Virus record (IMG/VR): IMGVR_UViG_3300037484_000690
Location: 1 to 39,250 of that record
From: a virus
Lineage: Duplodnaviria; Caudoviricetes
DNA: 39,250 bases
Reading direction: 5' to 3' (one strand)
The position numbers and the translations under genes were made by a program. Of this stretch, positions 19,186 to 28,576 are shown one piece after another; within the stretch, counting starts at the first letter, position 1; every line of letters begins with the position of its first letter. Below the pieces are notes generated by a model. It had not been told where the DNA came from. It was given only the letters and a program-made list of their open reading frames with translations, and searched no databases.

Positions 19186-19413
19186 TTAGGGTTCGAGCTT
19201 CAAGAAGCGCCGGAAGTAGGCGCCAAGGGCAAGGATAACGGCGCCCAGGAGGGAGAAGCCCAGGCCCAGGATCTTGCGCTTCAGGAAGGTGCGTTCCTCC
19301 ATCACGGCGGCCAGGGCCTCGTGGTCGCGACGCTGGGCTTCCTCAAGGCGGGCCATACCCTCGGCCAGCCGGTCCAGTTTCGCGCTTAATGCCGCTACCT
19401 CGTTGTATGACAT
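19186..19413 (-). CDS. Coiled-coil protein with C-terminal transmembrane helix (holin/XhlA-like)
   Basis: KLDRLAEGMARLEEAQ coil followed by ILGLGFSLLGAVILALGAYF. Confidence 0.6.
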   Translation of the reverse strand: MSYNEVAALSAKLDRLAEGMARLEEAQRRDHEALAAVMEERTFLKRKILGLGFSLLGAVILALGAYFRRFLKLEP

Positions 19414-19462
19414 GGCTACCAAGAACCCTCCCGGTTGCCGCTCCCCCCGGAGCGTGGGGAGA

Positions 19463-20818
19463 CTACGGGAACTCGATCCAGGAGAGGCTGGCGAACAGGG
19501 TCGACGTAGATCCCGACCCAGAGACCGTGAACGTGTCCCCCGGGTTTAGGACGATGTTGTAGGGAGACAGGTCGATCGAGTCGTTGGCGTTGTTGTTCAG
19601 GCTCTGGGCGTATCTCTCGCGTCCACCCGCGACCGTCGTGCCCGCCACATCCACGTCCAGGGCGCTGGTGGCTGCATCGAAGTCCGCAAAGGAGGGGGAG
19701 CCGCCCAGGGTGGCGTTCTTGACGAGGCGGAAGATGTTGGCTGCCCCCCCGGCCGACGCCGAGACGCGGAGACCAGTCAACTTGATCCGAACGGCCGACG
19801 TGTTGGTCCCGCCGTAGACGTTGCTGGCCTTGTTCCGGATGGTGAAGAGGTTGGTCTCGGCCGTGATGGCCGACTTGGTGTTGCTCCGGCACCCTCTAAC
19901 CCCGACGCTCGGGAGCGAGCCGCTGGCGTCCTTGCCCTGGACGAACACTCCAGCGGAGGCGCACCTCAAGACGATGTCCGACGTGTTGCCCGAGTTGATG
20001 ACCTGGGCGAAGAACGGGAGGTTGGGGTTCGTGAGGTGTGGGACCGTGTTCAGGTTGGAATACTGGATCACGTGAACCAGGACGAACCTCTGCCCGTCCG
20101 ACACGAAGAAGAAGATGGGGCCGAAACCGTGCCACAGAAACGAAGAGGCGTAGACATTTCCCTTGGTCGGGTCGAGGACGAGGCCGCTGGGGCCGGTCCC
20201 ATCACACGGGTCCTCGGACCATGAGGCTTGCGGAACAAAGATGCTGTCAGAGCCTGACAGGCGGTGCAGGATGCCGAATACGCCGTCCACGTCTGCAAAG
20301 AACAGGCCATCGACCGAGTTGCCCAGCCCGATAATCTGCTTGGAATCAACGGCACCAGCCGAGAATATGGCCGAGTAGGAGGACACGAGCCCCTCCCCGC
20401 CGATGTACCTTGCCGAGTCCCGGCTGCGGAGGGAGGCGGAGCCTGCCGCATCCACGCCAGTGGAGAGCACGGCCATGGAATCGGCCTGAGTGACCGTTCC
20501 CGTGGTGTTGACGACGTTGGTGGTCAGTTCAGTATTCAGGACCGAGTAGTTGAACGAGACACAGATGATGGGGGTCCGCTCACTGACCGAGGCCGCCCCC
20601 GTAACGTCCATTCCGGACGCAGGGAGAAGAGGCCTTGTCACGATCCCGGCGTCCTGATGGACCTGGTCTCGAGCCATGGCGTTCAGCTCGGTGATGCTAG
20701 CGACCGTGACCACGTTCAGGCATCGGAGGTTGCCAGCCAGATCCATGGACAGCGGGCGACGATCGCCTTCGCTGAAGGTGGCGGGAGCGACGTTGCAAAT
20801 TCCTTCGGCTGCGCTCAT
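19463..20818 (-). CDS. Virion structural protein (beta-rich)
   Basis: 451 aa; Ser/Thr/Gly-rich; lies in the head region of the operon. Confidence 0.6.
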   Translation of the reverse strand: MSAAEGICNVAPATFSEGDRRPLSMDLAGNLRCLNVVTVASITELNAMARDQVHQDAGIVTRPLLPASGMDVTGAASVSERTPIICVSFNYSVLNTELTTNVVNTTGTVTQADSMAVLSTGVDAAGSASLRSRDSARYIGGEGLVSSYSAIFSAGAVDSKQIIGLGNSVDGLFFADVDGVFGILHRLSGSDSIFVPQASWSEDPCDGTGPSGLVLDPTKGNVYASSFLWHGFGPIFFFVSDGQRFVLVHVIQYSNLNTVPHLTNPNLPFFAQVINSGNTSDIVLRCASAGVFVQGKDASGSLPSVGVRGCRSNTKSAITAETNLFTIRNKASNVYGGTNTSAVRIKLTGLRVSASAGGAANIFRLVKNATLGGSPSFADFDAATSALDVDVAGTTVAGGRERYAQSLNNNANDSIDLSPYNIVLNPGDTFTVSGSGSTSTLFASLSWIEFP

Positions 20819-20829
20819 GGCGACCCTTC

Positions 20830-21375
20830 CTAGTAACCGTAGTGAAGGGGGGTAGAGAGGTCACCGGCGCCCGCAGCGAGCTTCCCCGACCCAGAGGCCA
20901 CGATGCTGGCCTGACCGCTCGCCAGGGTCACCTGGTTCCCCAGGACGCCGGTCTCGAGGCAGGTCACTGTGGTCACGGTCAGGGCGCTGGAGGCCGTGAC
21001 GATCTTGTTGAGGGTCGTATTCGCGAGGATGGTGGTGACCAGGTTCGCCATGGTCTCCGTATCGCTAGCGCCGACCACGAAATTGGTGGCGTCCTGGGTG
21101 GATGCGTGAGCCGTGAGCGTCACGCCAGCGATAGCCACGGTGTTCGTGGCGATGACCGTCGTGCCGGTCAGGGTCCCTGACGCCCGCACCCCGGTTCCCG
21201 AGCGGATGACTGCGACCTGAGCATTCAGCGAGCCCCCGACCATCGCATTGAAGAGGGTCTGGACGTTGACGGCGAAGCGGTGCTTGGCTCCGGGCTGCGA
21301 CAGCACCCCATCGAACTTGAAGAGGTCCGAGTTGGGGGACGTGATCTGAATCAGGAGTCTGCTAGGAGTCGCCAT
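20830..21375 (-). CDS. Head decoration / minor structural protein
   Basis: Thr/Ala/Val-rich; directly downstream of the capsid gene; start moved to ATG 21375. Confidence 0.55.
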   Translation of the reverse strand: MATPSRLLIQITSPNSDLFKFDGVLSQPGAKHRFAVNVQTLFNAMVGGSLNAQVAVIRSGTGVRASGTLTGTTVIATNTVAIAGVTLTAHASTQDATNFVVGASDTETMANLVTTILANTTLNKIVTASSALTVTTVTCLETGVLGNQVTLASGQASIVASGSGKLAAGAGDLSTPLHYGY

Positions 21376-21459
21376 GATGCCAGCCCTTTCTGGTCCGAGG
21401 CAGGAACTGCTGTGTGGTACTTCTTGACCTCGGAGTCTAGCTCCGGGATCCAGAACTAC

Positions 21460-21503
21460 CCCGGGGAGGAGGGGGCCCCGCAAGGCCCACCTCCGTCACC
21501 CGG
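21460..21503 (-). terminator. GC-rich hairpin directly after the capsid gene (no U-tract)
   Basis: GGAGG-GGGCC...GGCCC-A-CCTCC inverted repeat. Confidence 0.45.
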
Positions 21504-21508
21504 ACCGA

Positions 21509-22846
21509 CTAAACCGTCGGGACGATGTTCACCATCTTGACGCTTTTTGCAGGGCTCATCAGGATGATGGCCTGGTGCGAGTAGCAGCGGAAGAACACGC
21601 CAGCGCGGCTCGGGTCCGTGAAAAACTCGGCGGCGCCATCGTCCACGAAGTCACCCGCAACCGGCTGCACGAACGCGATGTCGTAGGCCCCGATGCGGAG
21701 GATGTGGTCACGGCCCATCGGCAGGACGAAGGCGTCCCCGTTCTTCAGCATCCCGTGCGCCGTGATCTTGATGGCGCCGTTGACGCTGTGGAACTTGATG
21801 GACTGGCTGCCCTGGTCGAGCTGCTTGTCGCTGAAGCTCTGGTCGTACTTGCGGAGCGCCGCCTGGTCGCTCAGGAGGTCGTCCCAGCTCGAGACCGGAA
21901 TCCAGACGTCCACGTCTTCGTCAAGGCCACGGTTCACGGCCTGGCCAACGGCGGTGATGACCTTCTTGAAGGTGAGGGGCTGGCTGCCGACGTCGTAGCT
22001 GTTGCCCTGCCACAGGTTGTAGAGGGCCGGGTTGATGTTGAACCGGGTGGCCGTGCTGGTGAGCTGGGGGCTGATGCCCATCATCTCGTTGTAGGCGAAG
22101 GTGCCCGCGCTGCCAGCCACGGAGAACCGGAAGAAGATCCGGACCCCGTCGCCGCCGACGACCGCATCAAGGGCAGTGGCATCAGCAGCGCTCGAGACGA
22201 CGTTGAACGAGCCGGCCGAGACGTCCACCGACGTAATGGTGTACGCGCCAGGGCTGCCCGCGGCAGGCTCCGTGCCGATCCGGACGTTGGTCGTGGGGAC
22301 GTAGAAGACAACTTCCGCGTTCTCCAGGCCCGCGAACAGAAGGGGCATGAATGTGGCGCTGGTCACAACCACAGTGGTGTTCGTGGCGTCGATCGCCGTA
22401 GTGGTCGAGACGATGCCGATGCCCTCCTGGCCGTACCAGAGGCTGGCTTCGGTGCGCTTGCGCATCGAGCTAAGGACGTTCTTGACTTTGACGCTGGTCG
22501 CCGTGGCGAAGGAAGCCTTGCCGCCATGGATGCTGCGGGCCATCGACTCGTAATCCAGACCGGCCGACAGGACCATCTGGTAGCCGTCGATCTGGGCGTC
22601 CTGGCTGTTCAGGCTGATGCTGGAGCCCAGGGCGAAGTTGCCAGCGCCGGGGGCCGCGTACGTGACGCCCTGCTCGCCGGTGAGGACGATGGGCTGGTGA
22701 AAACGGTTACCGAGGGGGGCACGGCTCTCGAAGGGAACTTCCTTCAGGAGCTTCGCGCACTCAGGAATCGCGGTCTTGATCTCCGTCGCATAGACCTCCT
22801 TGAAGAGGCCCGAAAGCTGAGACATAAGGCTGTCGCCGGCTGCCAT
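21509..22846 (-). CDS. Major capsid protein (445 aa)
   Basis: AGGAG RBS before ATG 22846; LSGLFKEVY N-terminus; follows portal and scaffold; very biased codon use. Confidence 0.8.
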   Translation of the reverse strand: MAAGDSLMSQLSGLFKEVYATEIKTAIPECAKLLKEVPFESRAPLGNRFHQPIVLTGEQGVTYAAPGAGNFALGSSISLNSQDAQIDGYQMVLSAGLDYESMARSIHGGKASFATATSVKVKNVLSSMRKRTEASLWYGQEGIGIVSTTTAIDATNTTVVVTSATFMPLLFAGLENAEVVFYVPTTNVRIGTEPAAGSPGAYTITSVDVSAGSFNVVSSAADATALDAVVGGDGVRIFFRFSVAGSAGTFAYNEMMGISPQLTSTATRFNINPALYNLWQGNSYDVGSQPLTFKKVITAVGQAVNRGLDEDVDVWIPVSSWDDLLSDQAALRKYDQSFSDKQLDQGSQSIKFHSVNGAIKITAHGMLKNGDAFVLPMGRDHILRIGAYDIAFVQPVAGDFVDDGAAEFFTDPSRAGVFFRCYSHQAIILMSPAKSVKMVNIVPTV

Positions 22847-22983
22847 ATCTACTCCTACGTCGCAAGGGTTAAGGAACGGCGCAACTACCGACTCTGGACC
22901 TACAGGTAGCGGCGGCACCGTTCCCGCCCGAGGGTAGGGGTGGAGCCGTACGCATCTTACTCACCCGAAGGTTACGGCACGGT
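22847..22983 (-). ncRNA. Structured 5' leader of the capsid gene
   Basis: Nested stems, including a C(UUCG)G hairpin and the 11-bp GGGAACGGUGC/GCGCCGUUCCU stem. Confidence 0.5.
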
Positions 22984-23856
22984 TTATGCCTTGCCCTTCT
23001 TGATGGCCTCGAGCCGGGCATCCAGGCTCTTAAAGCCGTGGTACTTGGGAGATTCATCGGACTTGGGGGCTCGTGGCTTGGTGGACGCGGCCCTGGCGGG
23101 GGAAGGAGTCTTCATCCGCGCCACCTCGACCTTGCGGAGACGGCTGGTGACCTTGTCGCCCAGGAAGTTGAAAGTCCCCTCGTCGTCCATCCCGTCCAGG
23201 AGTGCCCTGTGGGCCTCCTCCACCTCTCGGCGCAGGACCTGGGCGCACTGGGCCGTGCTGAGGCCCACCTTGCCGACGTGGTTCTGTAGCATGATCTGTG
23301 CCAGTCGCTTGACCGTGTCCGGGGTCTTGGGGAGGCCAACGGTCGAGATGGCCCCAGCAATCTCCTGGTCCATAGTGGAGGCTTCGCGCTTCATGGCCTC
23401 TTCGGCGAGCTTCTTGCTTCGGTCCTGGGTATGCTTCTCCAGCTCCTTCCTGGCAGCGGCGGCATCCTCCCGGGCTGAACGCAGCTCCTTCTGTTCAGGA
23501 CTCTCACCGTCGCGCTCCAGCTCGCCAAGGAGGAACTTCTCCACCGCCTTGCGGAACTCGGGGCCGTTCTTGCCCTTCCCGAAATGCTGCATGGTGCCAA
23601 CGGGGTCCCGCTCGAACGCCTCCTTGAAGGACTCGATGGACTTCTCCTTGGCTGATGCCTCCTGGAGACGCTTCATGCCAGCGGCCGAGATCTGGTAGTC
23701 CCGGATCAGGGTTGCCTCGTCTACCTCCCGCTCCTGGCCATCCACCTTGACCTTGAAGGTCCGGGAGGCAGCGGCGGGGGTAGCGACCGGGGCTGCGGCG
23801 GCAGGGGTGGTGGTGGCTGCGGGGGCAGCGACTGGGGTAACGGTATTCTCGGCCAT
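22984..23856 (-). CDS. Capsid scaffolding protein
   Basis: FKVKVDGQEREVDEATLIRDYQ motif; Ala/Pro-rich N-terminus; coiled coil; between portal and capsid. Confidence 0.8.
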   Translation of the reverse strand: MAENTVTPVAAPAATTTPAAAAPVATPAAASRTFKVKVDGQEREVDEATLIRDYQISAAGMKRLQEASAKEKSIESFKEAFERDPVGTMQHFGKGKNGPEFRKAVEKFLLGELERDGESPEQKELRSAREDAAAARKELEKHTQDRSKKLAEEAMKREASTMDQEIAGAISTVGLPKTPDTVKRLAQIMLQNHVGKVGLSTAQCAQVLRREVEEAHRALLDGMDDEGTFNFLGDKVTSRLRKVEVARMKTPSPARAASTKPRAPKSDESPKYHGFKSLDARLEAIKKGKA

Positions 23857-23865
23857 GGGTTCCTC

Positions 23866-26088
23866 CTACTGCTTGGCTGGGGTGACGCCCGGGGGCGTGG
23901 CTCGGTCCGGTGTGCCCTGGCTCTCGGCTCGGTCGCCGGTCAGGGGGTTCTTCGGGGGTCTCGGCATCGACGGCATGCGCTCCTGGTTGGCTTCCGGGCT
24001 CACGGGCTTGCCCGGCTGAGGGGCGCCAGCGACCTTATAGACGTCCTGGGCGGCCTGACGCTGGCCGCTAGCCCCTGGGTTCGTCGCGACCTGCAACTCG
24101 GCCTGGTAAGCGGCCTGGGAGTCGGGATTCGGGGGCGGGGGCGGGATGATGGGCTGAACCCCGATGAGCTGTAGCAGGGCGGGGTCAACCGTCTTCATGG
24201 CATTGATGTGCTGCTCGATGTGTGAGATGGTCGCCTGAACGACGGCGTTGGTGTTGCCATCAGCATCGGGGGAGCGGGCGCTGGGCATCGAAAGGACGAC
24301 CTTGTGCTTCCGGATATGGATGGGGTGGTCATCGGTCATGATGACCATGACGGGGCGCCCGGCCGACAGCTCCTCGTTCTCGGCGGTGATACAGAGGTTC
24401 TCGGCTGCGGGGCCTCCCGTTACGGGGTCCAGGCGTCCAGAGGTCAGGACGGCGATGTACTCTTCAGCGGTGTCGATCTTCTTGTTGGCAAGCAACTGCT
24501 GTGCCACCTCGAGGCGACCTGCGATGGTCTTGAGCAGGGGGTTGCCGACGTCGACCACGATCCGAGAGATCATCTTCAGGTCGTTGCCCTTGAAGGTCTT
24601 CAGGTATGTGCTGTTAGACTTGCCAGCGATGAGCGCGATCTGTGGCGCCGAGGCGAAGTCCACGTAGTCATTGATGCTCCCCGTGGCGATCTGCTCCAGG
24701 GCCTCGATGTAGGACGCCTGGAGGTCGATGGTGAATGTCAGGGCCTGGCTAACCACCAGGGCCGCCATGGATCCGGACTTGATGTTCTCCTCTGGCGCCC
24801 CCCGCTGCGTGCTGTTGACGCCAGAGATGAGCTGAAGATCCTTGACGAGGTGGTCGAGCCAAGTGAACGTCTCGGGGGCCGTCTTGGTCAGGTTCACGCC
24901 AACCGGCATGCCCCCGCCCTCAACCCCGGGGACCGGGTCAAACTCGAGAATCTGGAGTCCAGTGCCGAGCTGCTTGGCGGTGATGTTGGCCCCCGTTGGG
25001 ACTCCGACGCTCTGGATCCCAAAGGCCGCCTGGTTCGTGGCGATGGTCGTGTACTGCGCATTTATTGCGTGCTGGATGGGCAGGAGGTCGAACGTCATCG
25101 TGTACCCAAAGGCGGTACCCGGCTGGCGACCCGCAGCTATCCGGTAAATCGGCAGCTCACGGTACTTCAGTGGCCCGTCCACGATCCAGTTGGAGCCTGC
25201 CAGCATCATCTCCCTGCCGTGCGGCATAGCAGGAGTGCGGGCATGGTAGAAGTAGAAGACCTCGATTTCGTCGGTATACTGCCACATGTGCTGGACCATG
25301 ACCTGGCGGAACGCCACCATGGGATGGTTGGCGAACGCTTCCACCCTGGTGGGCGCGGCCTTGATCTCGTCCGCCTTGTCCGGATACTGGGCGAGCAGGT
25401 TGTAGCGGTTCACGAAGTCTCGCACCACGTACCACTCAATCTCGTCTTCGTCATCCTCCACGAAGTCCCGAATCACGTCCCAGGGCCCATAGGTCCGGAA
25501 CTGAAGGGTACCGCTCCACTGGGGCTTACCGCTTCCAGGGATGGGCTCCCCGACGTCGTCAAGCTCCTCCGTGTCGGGCAGCTTGCCCAGGATCTGACCG
25601 GCATTCCAGTCCCAGGTCTTGGTAATGAAGCCCTCTCCGTAGTGGACGGCGTACTCGACGCACTGTCGGGAGGTGGCCTCCAGCTTCTTCTCCCGCATGA
25701 TGTCATAGTCCAGAATCTGCTGACCAAGCTGGCACTGAACGCTGCTCTGGTAGTCGTTATTCACGGCTTTGGCGTCGAACGAGGGCCGCTCTGACGTCAC
25801 CGCGTTGGTGATGTTCTGGTTGATGGACCGGAGGTGGTTGGCCTTGAGGAGCATCTGCTCCCCCGCTTGGCCCCCCGAGAGAATCAGGCCGTGCTCCAGG
25901 CCTCCGTTGTGCATCGCCCGGTAGCAGCGATTCCACAGCTCCAGCTTCCAGCCGCTCCTGAGGTAGTTGTAATACTGGTCCACGCGAGCCGTGACGTCAG
26001 CCGCCAGCTCGTCGGACGGACCAGCGGCCCAGTAGGTGTCTCTGTTCTTGCCGGCCCACTGGTCTATGTCTTTGTCGTTGGGGTTCAT
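23866..26088 (-). CDS. Portal protein (P22-like)
   Basis: 740 aa after the terminase; YGEGF...WD and LQLISGVN..QRG..SG.A motifs; Pro-rich tail. Confidence 0.85.
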   Translation of the reverse strand: MNPNDKDIDQWAGKNRDTYWAAGPSDELAADVTARVDQYYNYLRSGWKLELWNRCYRAMHNGGLEHGLILSGGQAGEQMLLKANHLRSINQNITNAVTSERPSFDAKAVNNDYQSSVQCQLGQQILDYDIMREKKLEATSRQCVEYAVHYGEGFITKTWDWNAGQILGKLPDTEELDDVGEPIPGSGKPQWSGTLQFRTYGPWDVIRDFVEDDEDEIEWYVVRDFVNRYNLLAQYPDKADEIKAAPTRVEAFANHPMVAFRQVMVQHMWQYTDEIEVFYFYHARTPAMPHGREMMLAGSNWIVDGPLKYRELPIYRIAAGRQPGTAFGYTMTFDLLPIQHAINAQYTTIATNQAAFGIQSVGVPTGANITAKQLGTGLQILEFDPVPGVEGGGMPVGVNLTKTAPETFTWLDHLVKDLQLISGVNSTQRGAPEENIKSGSMAALVVSQALTFTIDLQASYIEALEQIATGSINDYVDFASAPQIALIAGKSNSTYLKTFKGNDLKMISRIVVDVGNPLLKTIAGRLEVAQQLLANKKIDTAEEYIAVLTSGRLDPVTGGPAAENLCITAENEELSAGRPVMVIMTDDHPIHIRKHKVVLSMPSARSPDADGNTNAVVQATISHIEQHINAMKTVDPALLQLIGVQPIIPPPPPNPDSQAAYQAELQVATNPGASGQRQAAQDVYKVAGAPQPGKPVSPEANQERMPSMPRPPKNPLTGDRAESQGTPDRATPPGVTPAKQ

Positions 26089-26090
26089 GT

Positions 26091-27632
26091 CTACTCTCCA
26101 AGGAGCTGCCGCATGGCGGGCGCCATGGCTCGAGTCATGACCTGTGCGATGCCGGTCAGGGGCGTGGGGGCTACAGCGGAGGATGGGGCCGACTGATGCG
26201 TGTAGACGCTGGGCCCGGAGCCTTGAGGGTACGGGTTCTTTCGTGCTGGGGCTTCCAGGTTGAGGTATACGAGGGCCGCAAGCAGGTCGCAGTGCATGCC
26301 CTCGGACCTGGCGAACGCCTGCCTGGAGGGGTGCCAGGTACCCGTGTCAAGCTGGTGGAGAAGAAGGACGCAGGACGGGTCCACCTCGAGTCCTCCGGTG
26401 GAGATACGGATGCGAAGCTGGTTGACCATGGCCTCCAGGGCCTGCTTGCGCACGGGTTGCCAGAGGATGCGGTGAAGCTTCAGCATGTCGAAGGCAAACT
26501 GTGGGTCCACGTCACACACGCGACGATAGACCTCCCTGCGGGGCCTGGGATCTGGGGCCTGGTTATCCGCCCCTGCATTCCAGAGCCGTCGCTCCGTTGC
26601 GGTGACCTCCCTGGCAACATCAGCGGTCGTGACGGCCTTGACGTACTTCTCCGCCTGGATGACCAGGACTCCCCGCTGGAAGTCATAGTATCCGAATAGC
26701 AACCCGTTGCCGTCCCTGAACCCCGGATCCGCCGCAGTCAACAGCAGTTCGTGAGCGTCCGGGGGGCGCTGCTTGGCGGTCAGCTTGGCCTTGCAAGAAG
26801 CGTACTCAGGAATGATGATGGTGGAGGCATCCAGGATGTCCTGGTTCTCGTACTCTCGGCGCCAGGTGTCGGACTCGGGACCCCCGGCCTCTTCGCACCA
26901 CTCGCGTTTCTGGGCGTCCGTGGCGTCAGAGTCATGGATGGAGCGCTCGAAGTAGGCAGCCTTCGCCTTGGCCATGTTGCAGCGCGTCGTGAAGTAGTGG
27001 CCGGGGCGCGTGGCGGGAGAGGACTGGAGAATGATGCGCCCGTTCGTGGTCATGGTCGTGGGTAGGGCCACGTCCTTGATGAGAGTCGCCAGCTCATCCG
27101 TGGGGATGAAGGAGGCTTCATCTATAAGCCACAGGTCGACGGCGGGGCCTCGGAGGCTGTCCACTGCCCTCAGGGTCTCGGCGCCCCCTAATGCAAGAGT
27201 CGAGCCATTCTTGAAGGTGTAGATGTGGTCGACCGAGTTATAGACCGGCATCAGCTCCTCAGGGCACTTCCAGAGGAGGCGGCGCATGTTCGGCAGGAGG
27301 AACTGCTTCAGGCTGGAGGCGGTCTTAGCCACCACCTTGACGCTGGCCCCAGGCTTCTGGAGGCACCGCTCCGTGCAGGCCAGCAGTCCCACGAATGACT
27401 TTCCCCACTGTCGGGATATCTTGACGACCCTGACCGTAAGCTGGAGTCCATCGTCCCCGCGCATGAAGTGGTAGAGTGGAAGCTGGTAGTCCTTGACCAG
27501 GTACTCCAGATTCCCCATGTGCCACAGCGCCCTGGCGGCCTCGGCCTGGGTCTTGTCGTCAACGTAGTCCGAGCCAAACTGACCCCTCGCCTGCGCCCGA
27601 GTGAGGTCGCCAGGCAGTCCCTGGGGCTCCAC
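26091..27632 (-). CDS. terL: Terminase large subunit
   Basis: Walker A ISRQWGKS, LRG, Walker B WLIDEA, motif III QSSP, nuclease ADPG..D and HCDLLAA. Confidence 0.9.
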   Translation of the reverse strand: MEPQGLPGDLTRAQARGQFGSDYVDDKTQAEAARALWHMGNLEYLVKDYQLPLYHFMRGDDGLQLTVRVVKISRQWGKSFVGLLACTERCLQKPGASVKVVAKTASSLKQFLLPNMRRLLWKCPEELMPVYNSVDHIYTFKNGSTLALGGAETLRAVDSLRGPAVDLWLIDEASFIPTDELATLIKDVALPTTMTTNGRIILQSSPATRPGHYFTTRCNMAKAKAAYFERSIHDSDATDAQKREWCEEAGGPESDTWRREYENQDILDASTIIIPEYASCKAKLTAKQRPPDAHELLLTAADPGFRDGNGLLFGYYDFQRGVLVIQAEKYVKAVTTADVAREVTATERRLWNAGADNQAPDPRPRREVYRRVCDVDPQFAFDMLKLHRILWQPVRKQALEAMVNQLRIRISTGGLEVDPSCVLLLHQLDTGTWHPSRQAFARSEGMHCDLLAALVYLNLEAPARKNPYPQGSGPSVYTHQSAPSSAVAPTPLTGIAQVMTRAMAPAMRQLLGE

Positions 27633-27684
27633 GGCGCGGGGGGCAGGGTCCCTAGACCCTCTACTCTTGGCTCTGCGCGCCAGA

Positions 27685-27987
27685 TTACGCCTTTCTCTGC
27701 GGCAGCGGGGAAATGACGTCGGGGGCTGAGGGCATGGGGCGTCCAGTGATCCCTGACGCCATGGCGCAGTGGTTCACGACCTTGCGAAGCTTCTCCAGTT
27801 GCTCCCGGAACTCGTAGAACTCGCCCAGGGAGGCTGGAGGGAGGGACTGGGATTCACGGTGCTCGCGTCGGGCTACGCGGTCGGCTCGGGCGTCCAGGTA
27901 GCGGCGCTCCCGAAGCCCCAGGATGCCCCTGGCGACATAGACGGAAACTCCTGCGGCTGCGGTGACTCCGTACAGGATCTCGATCAT
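27685..27987 (-). CDS. Hypothetical membrane-anchored protein
   Basis: AAGGA RBS; hydrophobic N-terminus. Confidence 0.6.
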   Translation of the reverse strand: MIEILYGVTAAAGVSVYVARGILGLRERRYLDARADRVARREHRESQSLPPASLGEFYEFREQLEKLRKVVNHCAMASGITGRPMPSAPDVISPLPQRKA

Positions 27988-27989
27988 GG

Positions 27990-28298
27990 CTAGTCCTTTC
28001 GGGGGAGGCCCGGGTACAGGTTCTCGTTGATTCGGATCCGGGTGTCCTCTAGGCTGGTGTAGCCCTGGCCCCCGACTACCGCTTCCATGTTGTCGGGGCT
28101 GTACTCTACGCGATCGACTAGTCCGTCGCGCATCACGAACGTTGCGAGGCGAAGTAGGCGTCCGGGTTGACGGTGCTCAAGCGCGAAGGCGCGAACCTCG
28201 AAGCCCGGAGGGAAGGGCCACTCGGACGTCTCAGTGAATCCGTGCTTCGGGGGCTTGGATTCTGGAGCAGGGGATCCAGGCTTGGAGAACTTGGCCAT
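27990..28298 (-). CDS. Hypothetical protein
   Basis: GAGG RBS; tightly packed with neighbours. Confidence 0.65.
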   Translation of the reverse strand: MAKFSKPGSPAPESKPPKHGFTETSEWPFPPGFEVRAFALEHRQPGRLLRLATFVMRDGLVDRVEYSPDNMEAVVGGQGYTSLEDTRIRINENLYPGLPRKD

Positions 28299-28299
28299 G

Positions 28300-28575
28300 C
28301 TACTTTTCCTCGGGCTGCGGGGAAACGGAAGGATTCAGCCACTGAAAGTTGGCGCTCCACTGGTCCACCAGCATGGACAGTGTGTCATGTTCCAGGGGCC
28401 CTGACTCGGGCACCAGGACGCAGTGGTTGTTTCCGCTGGCCCTGAGAATAGAGAGTAGGGTATCCAGGTCGCAGGCGTCGCACTCAGACTCCACCACGAC
28501 AGGGAGTCCGGTCCAGGAGGCCCATTCCCGCTTCTGGGCTTCGGGGGCGGGGCCGTCGACGACTGTCAGGCGCAT
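28300..28575 (-). CDS. Hypothetical protein
   Basis: GGAG RBS; tightly packed with neighbours. Confidence 0.6.
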   Translation of the reverse strand: MRLTVVDGPAPEAQKREWASWTGLPVVVESECDACDLDTLLSILRASGNNHCVLVPESGPLEHDTLSMLVDQWSANFQWLNPSVSPQPEEK

Positions 28576-28576
28576 G

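Noticed and set aside
21424-21494. Antisense RNA on the plus strand after the capsid gene (TTGACC plus GCAA-loop hairpin)
   Set aside because: No credible -10; the hairpin is adequately explained as a terminator or stabiliser of the capsid mRNA
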